Both the position numbers and the translations under genes were made by a program. A DNA stretch of 64,000 nt, taken from the IMG/VR virus record IMGVR_UViG_3300024274_000264; one strand, given 5' to 3'. Positions 47,748-58,847 of the stretch are shown piece by piece. A model generated the notes under the pieces. The model saw nothing but the letters and a program-made list of their open reading frames with translations, ran no database searches and was not told where the DNA came from. The stretch's first letter is position 1. Every line of letters starts with the position of its first letter. The DNA is from a virus.

Positions 47748-48464
47748 ATGAAGTACGCAGCCTCACTTGAAAATATTGATTTTGATTTTATTAATTCAAA
47801 ACTTAAAAATGGAACAAAATTTCGAATTGATATTGGAACTTCAATTTGTTCGCCAGTAACCAAATTCTGGTTTGATAACATTGATGAAAATATTTTTGTT
47901 ATTGGAATAGATCCAAATCCAGATTGTTATGAAGGTCAAAATATTTGGAATAATAAAATTACAAATATAAAATTGGCATTTGAAGGTCACCCAAAAAGTG
48001 GCAATTATTATCACTTATGCTGTGCGATAGACAATGTAGAAAAACCTGAAAAATGTGATTTTTACCGTACTACCGTAAATGTCGGTTGTTCAAGTTTATT
48101 AAAACCTAAACTCGAAAATTTTGTTGGTTGTCAGTTGCAAGATATCATCAAAGTTGATACCATTTCAATGAAATATTTACTAGATAAAATTAAATATGAC
48201 AAAATTGAAATGGTTAAAATTGATGCACAAGGAAAAGACTTAGATATTGTTAAAAGTTTTAAGGAACACTTAAAGAATGTTGTTTATCTTGATGTGGAAG
48301 GCGACACAACAAGACAATATGAAAACGCACCAAACAATTCTCAAATCGTAAATCAAATATTAGCTTTGGATTTTGTTTATTATGCAAATCTTGGCGAAAA
48401 TTTACGTTTTGTTAATAATAGCTTAGATACTTTTGGCTATAATAATAAAACAGGGGATCTATAA
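47748..48464 (+). CDS. FkbM-family methyltransferase
   Basis: IDIG, GIDPNP, GCSSLL, KIDAQGKD. Confidence 0.8.
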   Translation: MKYAASLENIDFDFINSKLKNGTKFRIDIGTSICSPVTKFWFDNIDENIFVIGIDPNPDCYEGQNIWNNKITNIKLAFEGHPKSGNYYHLCCAIDNVEKPEKCDFYRTTVNVGCSSLLKPKLENFVGCQLQDIIKVDTISMKYLLDKIKYDKIEMVKIDAQGKDLDIVKSFKEHLKNVVYLDVEGDTTRQYENAPNNSQIVNQILALDFVYYANLGENLRFVNNSLDTFGYNNKTGDL

Positions 48465-48505
48465 AAATATTTCACTCAAAAAGCGTTTAAACGCTTTTAA
48501 GTAAT

Positions 48506-48615
48506 ATGAAAAATTTATCCATAATTGGAACATGTAAGCTAGTTTATGTTTTGCCTTAATATTAGAAAAAACCGAATATAATCTATTAAATGTTGGTATC
48601 AATACGGACTATACC
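48506..48615 (+). pseudogene. decayed copy of the 5' end of the nucleotide-sugar dehydrogenase gene at 49944
   Basis: MKNLSIIGTCKL, then frameshifted LCFALILEKTEYNL, versus MKKLSIIGIGKLGLCFALTLEKHGYNV. Confidence 0.7.
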
Positions 48616-48747
48616 GAAAACATTTAGTTGCAAAACTATTAGACTTACGACTGAGTTTCTTTAACGGATATATAGATTTAATCCAACAAAATATTTTTAT
48701 AGTTAAAGTAACATTTATGAAATGTAGGTGCAACTATATCAAGCACA

Positions 48748-49464
48748 ATGTTTACACAAGATAACCTTTGTCTTAAAAACGCTTATAATTTTATCTATCA
48801 AAATAAAACAAATCCAATCCCAGTAATATTTGATGTGGGATTTAACCGTGGTGAATTTCTAGCAGATGCTTATTCAGTCCTTGGATCGGAACTAGAATTT
48901 TTTGCATTTGAACCAAATAAAAATGCGAAAGACCCAAACATTGAAAATGTTTATTTTTTTAACATGGCGCTTGGAGATACAGAAAAAAAAGGAACATTGT
49001 ATGTTCCATATGAATTTAAAGAAAAAGATAATATTTCAAGATGTGCTAGTTTATATAATCGTCCAGCGTTTGAAAAAATGACAAATTATGAGTTGCAAAC
49101 GATGGATATTGAAATTACCACATTGGATATGTTTGTTCAAAAACATTTAATTCAGCATATAGATTATTTAAAAATTGATACTGAAGGATACGAATTAAAT
49201 GTTCTTAAAGGTGCTGAAAATACGTTTCGCCTCGATAAAATCAGTGCAGGACAATTTGAATATGGTGACTGTTTTAAGGAACAAAATTACACAATAGAAG
49301 ATGTTGTCTTTTGGTTAAATTTTAATAATTTTACATGTTTTTTAGGTGAAATTCAAAAAGAAAACATTCTCTTTGTTGAAAATGCATCAGCAGTTATAAA
49401 ACAAAAATCAATTGATCTTTGGGAAAATATATTATTTGTTAATAATAAAATATTGGATCTCTAA
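48748..49464 (+). CDS. FkbM-family methyltransferase
   Basis: FDVGFNRG, FAFEP, TLD, LKIDTEGYELNVLKG, QFEY. Confidence 0.9.
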   Translation: MFTQDNLCLKNAYNFIYQNKTNPIPVIFDVGFNRGEFLADAYSVLGSELEFFAFEPNKNAKDPNIENVYFFNMALGDTEKKGTLYVPYEFKEKDNISRCASLYNRPAFEKMTNYELQTMDIEITTLDMFVQKHLIQHIDYLKIDTEGYELNVLKGAENTFRLDKISAGQFEYGDCFKEQNYTIEDVVFWLNFNNFTCFLGEIQKENILFVENASAVIKQKSIDLWENILFVNNKILDL

Positions 49465-49914
49465 ATGAAATGTATAATTTCTGGTCATCGTTTACATAAG
49501 TTGAAAACTTATAATATTGATTGGATTAGAAAAGCAATAGAAGATGCGGTATTGGAAATAAATCCAAGTATTGGAATTTCTGGCATGGCTGGTGGAGTAG
49601 ATCTTATTTTTTGTGAAGCTCTAATAAATTTAAACATTCCATACTATGCCTATGTTCCATTTAAAGAGCAAGGAGACTTATACCCAGAAGAAAAAGAATT
49701 AAGGGATAAATGTTTAAAGTCTGCAAAAGAAATTTTTTACGCAAAGAATTCTAAAATGGTAGAAGATGCAAATTGTGGAATAGTTGTTTTTGACGGAAAT
49801 AAAGGCGGCACACACAATGTGTTTCAACAAATGTTGGAAAAACGAAAATCTATGATTTGGATTAATCCTATTTCCGAATGCATCTGGGATTTAAACCAAC
49901 CAAAAACATTTTAA
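49465..49914 (+). CDS. SLOG/YspA (DUF1273-like) protein
   Basis: ISGHR, ISGMAGGVD, PF..Q, N..MV, DG..GGT. Confidence 0.8.
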   Translation: MKCIISGHRLHKLKTYNIDWIRKAIEDAVLEINPSIGISGMAGGVDLIFCEALINLNIPYYAYVPFKEQGDLYPEEKELRDKCLKSAKEIFYAKNSKMVEDANCGIVVFDGNKGGTHNVFQQMLEKRKSMIWINPISECIWDLNQPKTF

Positions 49915-49943
49915 TGGTTTTTGGTTAAAATCAATCCCATCAA

Positions 49944-51050
49944 ATGAAAAAACTATCAATCATAGGGATCGGAAAATTAGGTCTCTGTTTTGCATTAACT
50001 TTAGAAAAACATGGATATAATGTGTTAGGTGTTGATCTACTTCAATCTTATGTAGATTTAATAAACACAAAACAATATCGTAGTTCTGAACCTGGTTTAA
50101 ATGATTTATTGGATAAGTCTAAGCAGTTTCGTGCCACAACCTCAATGAGAGAGGCTGTAGAACATTCCGATACACTTTTTGTAATTGTTGCTACTCCATC
50201 CCTGCCCGACGGACGATACAGCCACGCGCAGGTAGACAGTGTAATTCAGAAATTAAAAGAAATTGGACGGCAGGAAACTCAAAAAAATCTTGTAATAACC
50301 TGCACTGTAATGCCAGGTTATTGTGATTCAATTAAAGATCAATTACTCGAATTAAACTATGTTGTTTCATATAATCCAGAGTTTATTGCTCAAGGTACAA
50401 TTTTAAGAGACCAAGAAAATCCAGACATGGTATTAATTGGCGAAGCAAATAAAACTTCTGGTGATTTACTACAAGAGATATATGAAACGCATACTGTTAA
50501 TAAGCCTAAATTTGCAAGAATGACCCCGTTGGAAGCAGAAATTACAAAAATTGGCTTAAATTGCTTTCTGACAACAAAAATTGCGTATGCCAACATGGTC
50601 GGGGATATTGTTAAAAAAGCAGGAGGCAATCCAGATACGGTATTAAGTGCAATAGGTTCTGATTCTAGAGTTGGAAATAAATTTTTAAAATATGGATATG
50701 GATTCGGCGGTCCCTGTTTGCCCCGAGATGGCAGAGCATTGGGCATTTTTGCAAAAGACCTTGATATGCCTTCAAAAATAAGTAATGCCGCAGATGAATC
50801 AAACAAACTTCATTTGCAAGAACAAATTAAATTTTTCAAAAATGAAAACAAAGATAAATTAAAAACTGTTAAATTTGATTCAGTTACATATAAGCAAGAA
50901 TCCAATCTAATAGAAGAGTCACAACAACTACTGTTTGCGGTCGGGCTCGCCAAAGAAGGATATAAAGTTGTAATCAACGAACGTAAAGATGTAGTTGAAG
51001 AAGTGAAAAAAATATATGGTGATTTATTTCAATACGAGGTAAAAGATTAA
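49944..51050 (+). CDS. ugd: UDP-glucose/GDP-mannose dehydrogenase
   Basis: IIGIGKLG, V.TP, YNPEF, GFGGPCLPRD. Confidence 0.9.
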   Translation: MKKLSIIGIGKLGLCFALTLEKHGYNVLGVDLLQSYVDLINTKQYRSSEPGLNDLLDKSKQFRATTSMREAVEHSDTLFVIVATPSLPDGRYSHAQVDSVIQKLKEIGRQETQKNLVITCTVMPGYCDSIKDQLLELNYVVSYNPEFIAQGTILRDQENPDMVLIGEANKTSGDLLQEIYETHTVNKPKFARMTPLEAEITKIGLNCFLTTKIAYANMVGDIVKKAGGNPDTVLSAIGSDSRVGNKFLKYGYGFGGPCLPRDGRALGIFAKDLDMPSKISNAADESNKLHLQEQIKFFKNENKDKLKTVKFDSVTYKQESNLIEESQQLLFAVGLAKEGYKVVINERKDVVEEVKKIYGDLFQYEVKD

Positions 51051-51051
51051 A

Positions 51052-51627
51052 ATGGATAAAGGCGCAATCGAAGACAAATATGTTTATGCAGAAATTGCTA
51101 AACTAATAAAAGAATATAATATAAATACAATAGTAGAGACTGGGACATATCGTGGGTGGTCTGCAAAGAAACTTGCAGAGTTTGGACTGCCAGTTTTTAC
51201 AATAGAAATTGACAAAGAAAATTTTGAAATGGGAGGTCTTTTCTTAAAAGATACAAAAAATGTTTTTAGATATTTAGGATCTTCTCCAGATGTTATGGAT
51301 GAAATTCTCGAAGAAAGAGATCTTAAAAATACCTTGTTTTTTTTAGATGCTCATTGGGGTGAATATTGGCCAATACATGATGAAATATTAACAATGAAAA
51401 AATATGGCATTAAACCAGTAATTCTTATTCATGATTTTTTTGTTCCAGATGAGAATGGAAAAGCAAAATTTGGATATGATGTTTATAAAAAACAAGCTTT
51501 AGATTACAACTTTGTTAAACCAAGTATTGATACTCTGTATGGTGGTGAGGACAAATATATCCACTATTGTATTCAAGAAGCTGAAGTAGATGCTGGAGTT
51601 GGTGTTTTTGTACCAAAAAAAGGATAA
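51052..51627 (+). CDS. class I SAM-dependent methyltransferase
   Basis: VETGTYRG, FFLDAHW, ILIHDF. Confidence 0.8.
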   Translation: MDKGAIEDKYVYAEIAKLIKEYNINTIVETGTYRGWSAKKLAEFGLPVFTIEIDKENFEMGGLFLKDTKNVFRYLGSSPDVMDEILEERDLKNTLFFLDAHWGEYWPIHDEILTMKKYGIKPVILIHDFFVPDENGKAKFGYDVYKKQALDYNFVKPSIDTLYGGEDKYIHYCIQEAEVDAGVGVFVPKKG

Positions 51628-51632
51628 AAAAT

Positions 51633-52274
51633 ATGATAACAATACATTATAAAAATGGAGTAGTTTTTAATCTACCAAAATATTATGCATCTGATGCTGG
51701 GTGGTTTACTTCTGCCGAAAGAAACACAAAAGAATTTTTGTGTGACTATATAAAACCTAATTTTACTATAATTGATGCTGGGGCTAATATTGGGATGTAT
51801 ACTGTCCCATTTGCTAAACTAGCTTATGAAGGAAAAGTTTATGCGTTTGAACCAACAGATACAATTGAAATGTTGAAAGAAAATCTTGCTTACAATTCTT
51901 GTGAGTCAAATGTTGTTTTACAAACACAGCCTCTTGGCGAAAAGGATGAAATTAAAAAGGATAGAGTTTTTAAAGTTTGGTCACAGGGAATTGTAGATGA
52001 CAAAGAATTTTCTTTTATTACATTAGATACCTTTGTTAAAACTAATCAATTAAAAGTTGATTTAATAAAAATAGATGTTGATTCGTACGATTACGAAGTT
52101 TTACTTGGAGGAAGACAATTTTTAACTGAGCAAAGCCCTCTCGTTGTTGTTGAATTAAATCATGCCTTATCGAAAAGAAATCACCATGTACAAGAAGCTT
52201 TAAACTACATGGAAAGTATTGGGTATAAACTAAAATTCATATTAGATAATGAAAACTATGTTTTTGAAAAATAA
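51633..52274 (+). CDS. FkbM-family methyltransferase
   Basis: IDAGANIG, VYAFEP, IKIDVDSYD. Confidence 0.9.
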   Translation: MITIHYKNGVVFNLPKYYASDAGWFTSAERNTKEFLCDYIKPNFTIIDAGANIGMYTVPFAKLAYEGKVYAFEPTDTIEMLKENLAYNSCESNVVLQTQPLGEKDEIKKDRVFKVWSQGIVDDKEFSFITLDTFVKTNQLKVDLIKIDVDSYDYEVLLGGRQFLTEQSPLVVVELNHALSKRNHHVQEALNYMESIGYKLKFILDNENYVFEK

Positions 52275-52285
52275 AGGTAAATAAT

Positions 52286-53233
52286 ATGAAAAAAATTTTA
52301 ATTACTGGGTCTACTGGCCTTTTGGGCTCTGCTCTTGTGAAAAAACTAAATGAAAATTCAAATTTGGATCTAGTTTTGTTAAATTCTAAAACTGATTTAC
52401 GAAATCAAGAAACTGTTGACAAACTGTTCGAAGAGCATAAACCTAGTTTTGTTTATCATTTGGCTGCAAAAGTTGGTGGTCTCGGAGCAAATATGGCTGG
52501 TAATGCAGAGTTTTTTCGAGACAACATCTTAATGAACACAAATATTTTATATGCTGCCTCACAGTGTAAAGAAGTGCAAAAAGTTTGTTCTGTGTTAAGT
52601 ACATGTATATTTCCAGATGGAATTGATCTGCCAATTAAAGAAATTTCTTTACATAAAGGCGAACCACATAATTCAAATTTTGGATATGCATACGCAAAAA
52701 GAATGCAAGATGTTTATGGGCGAGCATTAAATGTTCAGTGCCAAAAAAAGAAATTTATTTCTGTTATTCCAAATAACATGTATGGAGAACATGATAATTT
52801 TTCTTTAAAAGATGGTCATGTTATTCCATCAGTGATTCATAAATTGTTTTTGGCAAAGAAAAATAAATCATCTGTAGTAGAATTTTGGGGAGATGGTTCT
52901 CCGCTTAGACAATTTTCTTATGCGGAAGATGTAGCAAGAGACATGATCTACTGTATGGAAAACTACTCAGAAGATTTACCAGTAAACATCGGAAATCCAA
53001 AAGAATATTCAATTAAAGAACTTGTTGAGCTGACAAAAGAAATTATTGGATTTGATGGAGAAATTATATGGAATACTGAAAAACCAAATGGGCAAATAAA
53101 GAAAACAGCCTCAACCGAAATTTTTTCTAGCAATGTTCCAAATTTCAAATATCTTGATTTAAAAGAAGGTTTAACAAAAACAATTTCCTGGTTTGAATCA
53201 AATTATCCCAAAATTCGTGGTTGCAATTTTTGA
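52286..53233 (+). CDS. fcl: GDP-L-fucose synthase
   Basis: TGSTGLLG, LAAKVGG, STCIFP, YAYAKR, HVIP, WGDGSPLRQF. Confidence 0.92.
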   Translation: MKKILITGSTGLLGSALVKKLNENSNLDLVLLNSKTDLRNQETVDKLFEEHKPSFVYHLAAKVGGLGANMAGNAEFFRDNILMNTNILYAASQCKEVQKVCSVLSTCIFPDGIDLPIKEISLHKGEPHNSNFGYAYAKRMQDVYGRALNVQCQKKKFISVIPNNMYGEHDNFSLKDGHVIPSVIHKLFLAKKNKSSVVEFWGDGSPLRQFSYAEDVARDMIYCMENYSEDLPVNIGNPKEYSIKELVELTKEIIGFDGEIIWNTEKPNGQIKKTASTEIFSSNVPNFKYLDLKEGLTKTISWFESNYPKIRGCNF

Positions 53234-53268
53234 AAACAAATATATAATTCTTTGCTAAGTTTATAAAA

Positions 53269-55563
53269 ATGAACGAAGAGCAAAAACAAAAAACCGCATT
53301 AATAACTGGTGTTACTGGGCAGGATGGTTCTTATCTGGCTGAGTTTCTTTTAGAAAAAGGGTATAGAGTGATTGGAATGAAAAGAAGAACAAGTATCATT
53401 TCTACTTCTAGGATAGACCACATTTATTCAAATCCAAATTTTATTCTAGAGTATGGAAACATGAGCGACGCATCTTGTTTTTGGAATCTATTGTCAAAAT
53501 ATAAACCTGATGAGATTTATAATCTTGCAGCTCAATCTCATGTTAAAACATCTTTTGATGTTTCAGAAGAAACTCTTGATATAGATGGCGCAGGAGTTTT
53601 AAAACTACTTAATGCGAGTAAAGCAATTATTCCAAATGCTAGAATTTACCAAGCGAGTTCTTCCGTTACAGGGGAGACACCAGTTCTTATCAGAAAAAAT
53701 AAAAATGAAATAAAATTAGAAAAAATAGAAAATTTAGTTAACCCAAAATTAGAAAAAACGGAATATTCAAATCTTGAATGTTTAACTATTGATAGAAAAA
53801 CATTAAAATTAAAATGGTCTCCAATCGCTTATGCTTTTACTCATAAGTCATCAAATGTTTATAACATAAAAGGGACTGGTGGATTTAATATTGGAATAAC
53901 AGGCAATCACTCTGCTATGATTATTGATAAAAATGGAGAATTAGTTGAAAAGAAAATTGATGATATAAAAATAGGAGATTATCTACTTTCTTACATGTCT
54001 TTCAATAATAATTTTGAGGAAAAGGAAAGAGTTTATCCTATTTTTGATTTGAGAAAATTTGCGAATTCAAAAAAATATATAACAAGATCCAATAGTCAAA
54101 TTGATTCATTAGTTATTAATGATGATATTTGTAGATTAATTGGATTTTATTTGGCAGAAGGAAATGTTTTTATAAAAGAAAAGAAAACATACAAAACAAC
54201 TTTTACTTTTCACATAAAAGAAAAATATTACACGGACGATATTAAAAATATTGTAAAAAACAACTTTGGAATTGATTGCTGTGAATCAGAATTCGTTTCA
54301 AGAAATACTCGGAAAATTCAATTTTCAAGCAAGCAATTTGCTAAATTTTTATTAGAACAATTTAAAACAGGATCAAAAAAGAAAGAAATTCCAAGTTGGA
54401 TATACAATTTGCCGAAATCTGCATTTGTTAATTTAATGCAAGGATATGTTGGAGATGCCAAAATTTCAAAAAATGAAATTAGATATACTTCAGTAAATAA
54501 ATCAATGTTACAAGCTTTACTTTATATTTCAAAATTAAATGGAATGTCTCCAACTTTTTTAGATAGAAAAACAGGTGCATTTGATCTGTTATTTTCTTCA
54601 AAAGATAAAAAAGAAATATTAGGTACAACTGAAATAGATTTAAAGTTTAAACAAGCCAATGGAACATTAATTGAATCAAATGTTTTCAACAATTTAGCAC
54701 CAACGTATATAAGAAAACTTAACGGGTATAAAAAAAATATTTCAAAAGAAAAAATATTAAATACTTTAGAAAAATTAAAAACGAAAACTGAGTTGTCGGA
54801 AAATTTAATAAAATTAGAGAGATTATCCAACTCAGACATTCATATTGTGAAAATTAAAAAAATTGAAAAACTTAAAGAGGAAAATATTAATGTTTACGAT
54901 CTTCATGTGCCTGAAAGTCAAATTTTTATTGGCGGAAATTATCCGTTAATTTTACACAATAGCGAAATTTTCGGGACAAACCCAGAAGTTCCTCAAAATG
55001 AAGAAACTAAATTTATGCCTGCGTCACCTTACGCTTGTGCAAAAGTGTTTGCCCATAATATATGCATAAACTATAGAGAAGCATACAAGATGTTCATTTG
55101 TCCAGGAATTTTACAAAATCATGAAAGCCCAAGAAGAGGGGAAACGTTCGTAACAAGAAAGATTACTTTAGCTGCTGCAAAAATAAAACTTGGAATGCAA
55201 TCCAAATTAGAACTTGGAAACTTAGACGCAAAACGGGATTGGGGCTATGCAAAAGAATATGTTGAGGCTATGTGGTTGATGCTACAACAACCTAAACCAG
55301 ATGTTTTTGTTATTGCAACAGGAGAAAATCATTCTGTTAAAGAATTTGCAGAAACGGTTTTCGAGTATGCTGGTTTAGATCTTAAAGATCATCTTGTGAT
55401 CAATCCACGACTTTTTAGACCACACGAAGTGCCATGTCTAAAAGGTGATTATTCAAAAGCGAAGAGAATTCTTGGATGGGAACCAAAAGTTAAATTTAAA
55501 GAGCTCGCGCAAATTATGTATAATTCAGATTTAGATCTTCTAAAAAAAGGAATAATCAAATGA
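53269..55563 (+). CDS. gmd: GDP-mannose 4,6-dehydratase interrupted by an intein
   Basis: [29 protein letters not shown]|intein|[27 protein letters not shown]. Confidence 0.95.
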   Translation: MNEEQKQKTALITGVTGQDGSYLAEFLLEKGYRVIGMKRRTSIISTSRIDHIYSNPNFILEYGNMSDASCFWNLLSKYKPDEIYNLAAQSHVKTSFDVSEETLDIDGAGVLKLLNASKAIIPNARIYQASSSVTGETPVLIRKNKNEIKLEKIENLVNPKLEKTEYSNLECLTIDRKTLKLKWSPIAYAFTHKSSNVYNIKGTGGFNIGITGNHSAMIIDKNGELVEKKIDDIKIGDYLLSYMSFNNNFEEKERVYPIFDLRKFANSKKYITRSNSQIDSLVINDDICRLIGFYLAEGNVFIKEKKTYKTTFTFHIKEKYYTDDIKNIVKNNFGIDCCESEFVSRNTRKIQFSSKQFAKFLLEQFKTGSKKKEIPSWIYNLPKSAFVNLMQGYVGDAKISKNEIRYTSVNKSMLQALLYISKLNGMSPTFLDRKTGAFDLLFSSKDKKEILGTTEIDLKFKQANGTLIESNVFNNLAPTYIRKLNGYKKNISKEKILNTLEKLKTKTELSENLIKLERLSNSDIHIVKIKKIEKLKEENINVYDLHVPESQIFIGGNYPLILHNSEIFGTNPEVPQNEETKFMPASPYACAKVFAHNICINYREAYKMFICPGILQNHESPRRGETFVTRKITLAAAKIKLGMQSKLELGNLDAKRDWGYAKEYVEAMWLMLQQPKPDVFVIATGENHSVKEFAETVFEYAGLDLKDHLVINPRLFRPHEVPCLKGDYSKAKRILGWEPKVKFKELAQIMYNSDLDLLKKGIIK
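53662..54960 (+). mobile_element. Ser-initiated intein with LAGLIDADG homing endonuclease (433 aa)
   Basis: [13 protein letters not shown] block [10 protein letters not shown] and LMQGYVGD motifs, VYDLHV...ILHN|S. Confidence 0.92.
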
Positions 55564-56543
55564 AAACAATTGTCATTATTGGAATTGGGAAGGAAAATTA
55601 CAACTATAAAAAAATAAAAGGATTTGTTGATGCTTTTGGAAAACTAGGTTACGAAGTTTTTCACTATACTCATTTAAATCATAATATATTAAATAAACAC
55701 AGTAGTATTGATATACTGTTTGCGGAAACGGAATATCTCGAAGGAAGATTTAGCAATGTCAAAAACTTTATTTTATGGACAAATACAAAGCTTTATCAAG
55801 TTATAAATTTTGCTAAAAATAATGATCATTTAAAAATGATTTTCGCACCTAAATCTTTTATGTTTGATCGCGATGTCAATGAAATGTATGTAGAAACATT
55901 TTCAACAACTGGATATCAAATGGTTGATCATGAAGGGCAAGATTTAGATTCTGTTTTAGAATTAATAGATAAAAAACAAAAAATAAATGAGTTTACATAT
56001 AAGATTTTAGATAATCTTATTTTTTCTTATATGCCCTGTTCGAAATCTGATTTAATTGAGGTAGAGACAATCAAGGAAGCAAAATACAAATTTTCTTACT
56101 TTGGCACTGGGTATAATCGCCCTCAAATTTTAGCTGCCTTCAATTTTTTAAATCAGAAAATTCCAAATCAAATAAAATATCATTTTGTTGAAAATGGTGG
56201 ACCAATCGATCCAGAGCAGTGTATTTCTTTTTATAGAGAATCAGGATATGTGTTACATGAACAAGTTAATCCTGTTATTTTAGGATATGCAGTTAGAATT
56301 GGCGAGGCTTCGGCAGCAGGAGCTAAAATGATTTTGTTTGAAACTTTACCGTTATATGATAAAGTTAAAGAGCTAAATAAAATTCCTGAAATGATTAAAT
56401 TTGGTTCTGTTACTGAATTTATAAACAAATTTGATTCAATCGAATCTCGTTCAATTGATGAAAGAAAAAAGGCGGCAGCAGATTTTAAATTCACATATGA
56501 AAATGCGATTAAAGAATTTGAAGAGTTGTTAAAACTTATTTGA
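55560..56543 (+). CDS. probable glycosyltransferase (GT-B-like)
   Basis: AF.KLGYEV, YFGT...[10 protein letters not shown]; cluster context. Confidence 0.55.
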   Translation: MKTIVIIGIGKENYNYKKIKGFVDAFGKLGYEVFHYTHLNHNILNKHSSIDILFAETEYLEGRFSNVKNFILWTNTKLYQVINFAKNNDHLKMIFAPKSFMFDRDVNEMYVETFSTTGYQMVDHEGQDLDSVLELIDKKQKINEFTYKILDNLIFSYMPCSKSDLIEVETIKEAKYKFSYFGTGYNRPQILAAFNFLNQKIPNQIKYHFVENGGPIDPEQCISFYRESGYVLHEQVNPVILGYAVRIGEASAAGAKMILFETLPLYDKVKELNKIPEMIKFGSVTEFINKFDSIESRSIDERKKAAADFKFTYENAIKEFEELLKLI

Positions 56544-57345
56544 ATTCTATTGTGTTTTTTAATGGAACGCTTCTATAAGTTAAATTTTCATTACCAGAAT
56601 CAGTAATAAGAATTGTATGCTCCCACTGAGCGCTATTGCTTCCATCTTTTGTGTAAACTGTCCACAAATCATTTTTATCAAGAAAAATTTCTGGTGAGTT
56701 TCTGTTGACCATTGGTTCGATTGTATGGGTTAATCCTGTGCGCAAACGCGGCCCAGTTCCTCTTTTTCCATAATGTAAAATACCAGGTTCCATATGAAAT
56801 CCATTAGGCCCAATTCCAATTCCGTGTCCACCAAATTCTTTTACAATCGAATAACCATTACTTTCAACAAAAGATTGAATCGGTTCTCCTAAATCTCCAA
56901 CTCTGGCACCATTAAAGGCACAAGCAATTCCTAAATCAAGAGCTTCTCGACTTATTTTCATTAATTTAAAATCTTCTTCAGTTATGTTTCCGAGATAAAA
57001 CATTGCACTCGTATCTCCATGAGCTTCATTATAAATTGATGTAATGTCTACATTAAAAATCATATTATCAAGTGGCTTATTATTTGGAATACCATGACAA
57101 ACAACATTTGATGGAGAAATACAAACATGACCAGGAAAAGGATGCAGAGAAGAATATAAATTTTTATATAAATAAGGCGCGCATCTACCACCATTTTTTT
57201 CAGTAAACTCTTTTACAAATTTATCAATGTCTAAACCTGTTATTCCTGGTTTGATAAGTTCTCCAATAGCAATAAGAGTTTCTGCTGCAAGTTTGCCCGC
57301 ATCTCTCATTTTTTGTATTTCTTTTTCGTTTTTTATTTCAATCAT
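56536..57345 (-). CDS. map: methionine aminopeptidase type I
   Basis: VCHGIP, NVD, GD, GHGIG, TIEPM, SAQWEHT. Confidence 0.95.
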   Translation of the reverse strand: MIEIKNEKEIQKMRDAGKLAAETLIAIGELIKPGITGLDIDKFVKEFTEKNGGRCAPYLYKNLYSSLHPFPGHVCISPSNVVCHGIPNNKPLDNMIFNVDITSIYNEAHGDTSAMFYLGNITEEDFKLMKISREALDLGIACAFNGARVGDLGEPIQSFVESNGYSIVKEFGGHGIGIGPNGFHMEPGILHYGKRGTGPRLRTGLTHTIEPMVNRNSPEIFLDKNDLWTVYTKDGSNSAQWEHTILITDSGNENLTYRSVPLKNTIEFK

Positions 57346-57370
57346 TTAAGATTATATTAAAACTAAAATT

Positions 57371-57829
57371 TTATTTTGTGAATAGTTTTATTGTATTAAA
57401 AAATTCTGAAAAACTAATTTCTTCTTTATGATTTGGACTTGGATCAAGAAAATTAAAAGTAGAAACGACAAGAGGTATATAAGGAGCAAAAGAAAATCCT
57501 TTTGCTAAATATGAAGATTTATTTAGACTGCTTTTAAGTTGAAGCGATTTGATTGTATCTTCTTTGCTAAAAGTAATTTGTTTATATTCTATTTCTTTTT
57601 CTGAAAGAAATTTAATTTTTATTGTTATGCTTGTTTTGGAAAATTCATTATACTCCAGTTCAATTTCTAGCGGAATATTTCGAGCACATAATTTTTCCAA
57701 CTCTTTTTCCATTAGAAGATAAAAATATTTGAGAATATCCTTTTCTATTCCCCAAGAATCAAGCAAAGTAAACAGTATGTTTTTTCTATCCATTTCAACA
57801 GAGATAGATATTATAGAAATAATTGTCAA
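57371..57829 (-). CDS. hypothetical protein
   Basis: ORF; contains GFSFAPYIPL. Confidence 0.45.
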   Translation of the reverse strand: MTIISIISISVEMDRKNILFTLLDSWGIEKDILKYFYLLMEKELEKLCARNIPLEIELEYNEFSKTSITIKIKFLSEKEIEYKQITFSKEDTIKSLQLKSSLNKSSYLAKGFSFAPYIPLVVSTFNFLDPSPNHKEEISFSEFFNTIKLFTK

Positions 57830-57875
57830 CTACTTTTAGACAAATAATTTAAAGATATTTAAAATAAGCAAAAAT

Positions 57876-58847
57876 ATGAAGAAACAAAAACGATATTTAG
57901 TTCTTGGTGCGGGAGGCATGATTGGACACCAAATGGTTAAAAGACTTAAAAAAGAAGGCAATTGGGTCCGTGGAGTAGATTTGGTCTATCCAGAATTTAG
58001 CTCAACAGAAGCAGATGAGTTTATTATTGGGGACCTAAGAGAAGAAAACATTTGCGAAAAAGTAATAACACCAGACATAGATGTTATAATACAGTATGCT
58101 GCAGAACTTGGGGGCGCAGAATATGTTTTTACTGGAAAAAATGACGCCGAAATTATACACAATTCTGCCTTGATAAATTTAAATGTTGCTAATGTTGCCG
58201 CAAGAAAAGGTATAAAAAATATAGCATATTCTAGCTCAGCATGTATCTATCCTGCCTATAATCAAACAGATCCAAATAATCCAAATTGTGAAGAGTCATC
58301 AGCATATCCAGCTTTTCCAGATAGCGTATATGGCTGGGAGAAGTTATTCAGCGAGATTATGTTCGATGCTTTTGCGAGAAATAAAGGATTAAACATTAGC
58401 ATTATGAGATATCATAATATTTTTTCAGAAGAGTGTGACTATTATTCGAATCGAGCGAAAGCTCCAGCCGCCTTATGTAGAAAAGTTGCAGAAGCAAAAG
58501 ATGGAACGCATATAGAAATTTTTGGAGATGGAACGCAAACAAGATCTTTTTTGTATATTGACGATTGCCTCGAAGGAACGCTTAGATTAATTGAAAGTGG
58601 GTTCGATAAACCATTAAACGTTGGAAGTACAGAAATGGTTACAATTAATGATTTAGCAAAAATGATAATTGATATTTCAGGTAAAAAATTAGAAATAAAA
58701 CACATACCTGGCCCTATTGGTGTTATGGGTCGCAATTCCGACAATAAACTAATAAAAGAAGTTTTAGGATGGGAACCGCAGTCTAAATTAAAAGATGGAA
58801 TTCAAAAACTTTATACCTGGATAAACAAACAAGTTAATAATCTTTAA
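57876..58847 (+). CDS. NAD-dependent epimerase (GDP-mannose 3,5-epimerase-like)
   Basis: GAGGMIG, SSSACIYP, PDS.YGWEKLFSE, KAPAALCRK, GRNSDN. Confidence 0.88.
   Translation: MKKQKRYLVLGAGGMIGHQMVKRLKKEGNWVRGVDLVYPEFSSTEADEFIIGDLREENICEKVITPDIDVIIQYAAELGGAEYVFTGKNDAEIIHNSALINLNVANVAARKGIKNIAYSSSACIYPAYNQTDPNNPNCEESSAYPAFPDSVYGWEKLFSEIMFDAFARNKGLNISIMRYHNIFSEECDYYSNRAKAPAALCRKVAEAKDGTHIEIFGDGTQTRSFLYIDDCLEGTLRLIESGFDKPLNVGSTEMVTINDLAKMIIDISGKKLEIKHIPGPIGVMGRNSDNKLIKEVLGWEPQSKLKDGIQKLYTWINKQVNNL

Noticed and set aside
57371-57829. Major capsid protein, from the GFSFAPYIPL motif resembling the T4 gp23-type C-terminal motif
   Set aside because: The ORF is only about 150 aa and shows no other capsid features
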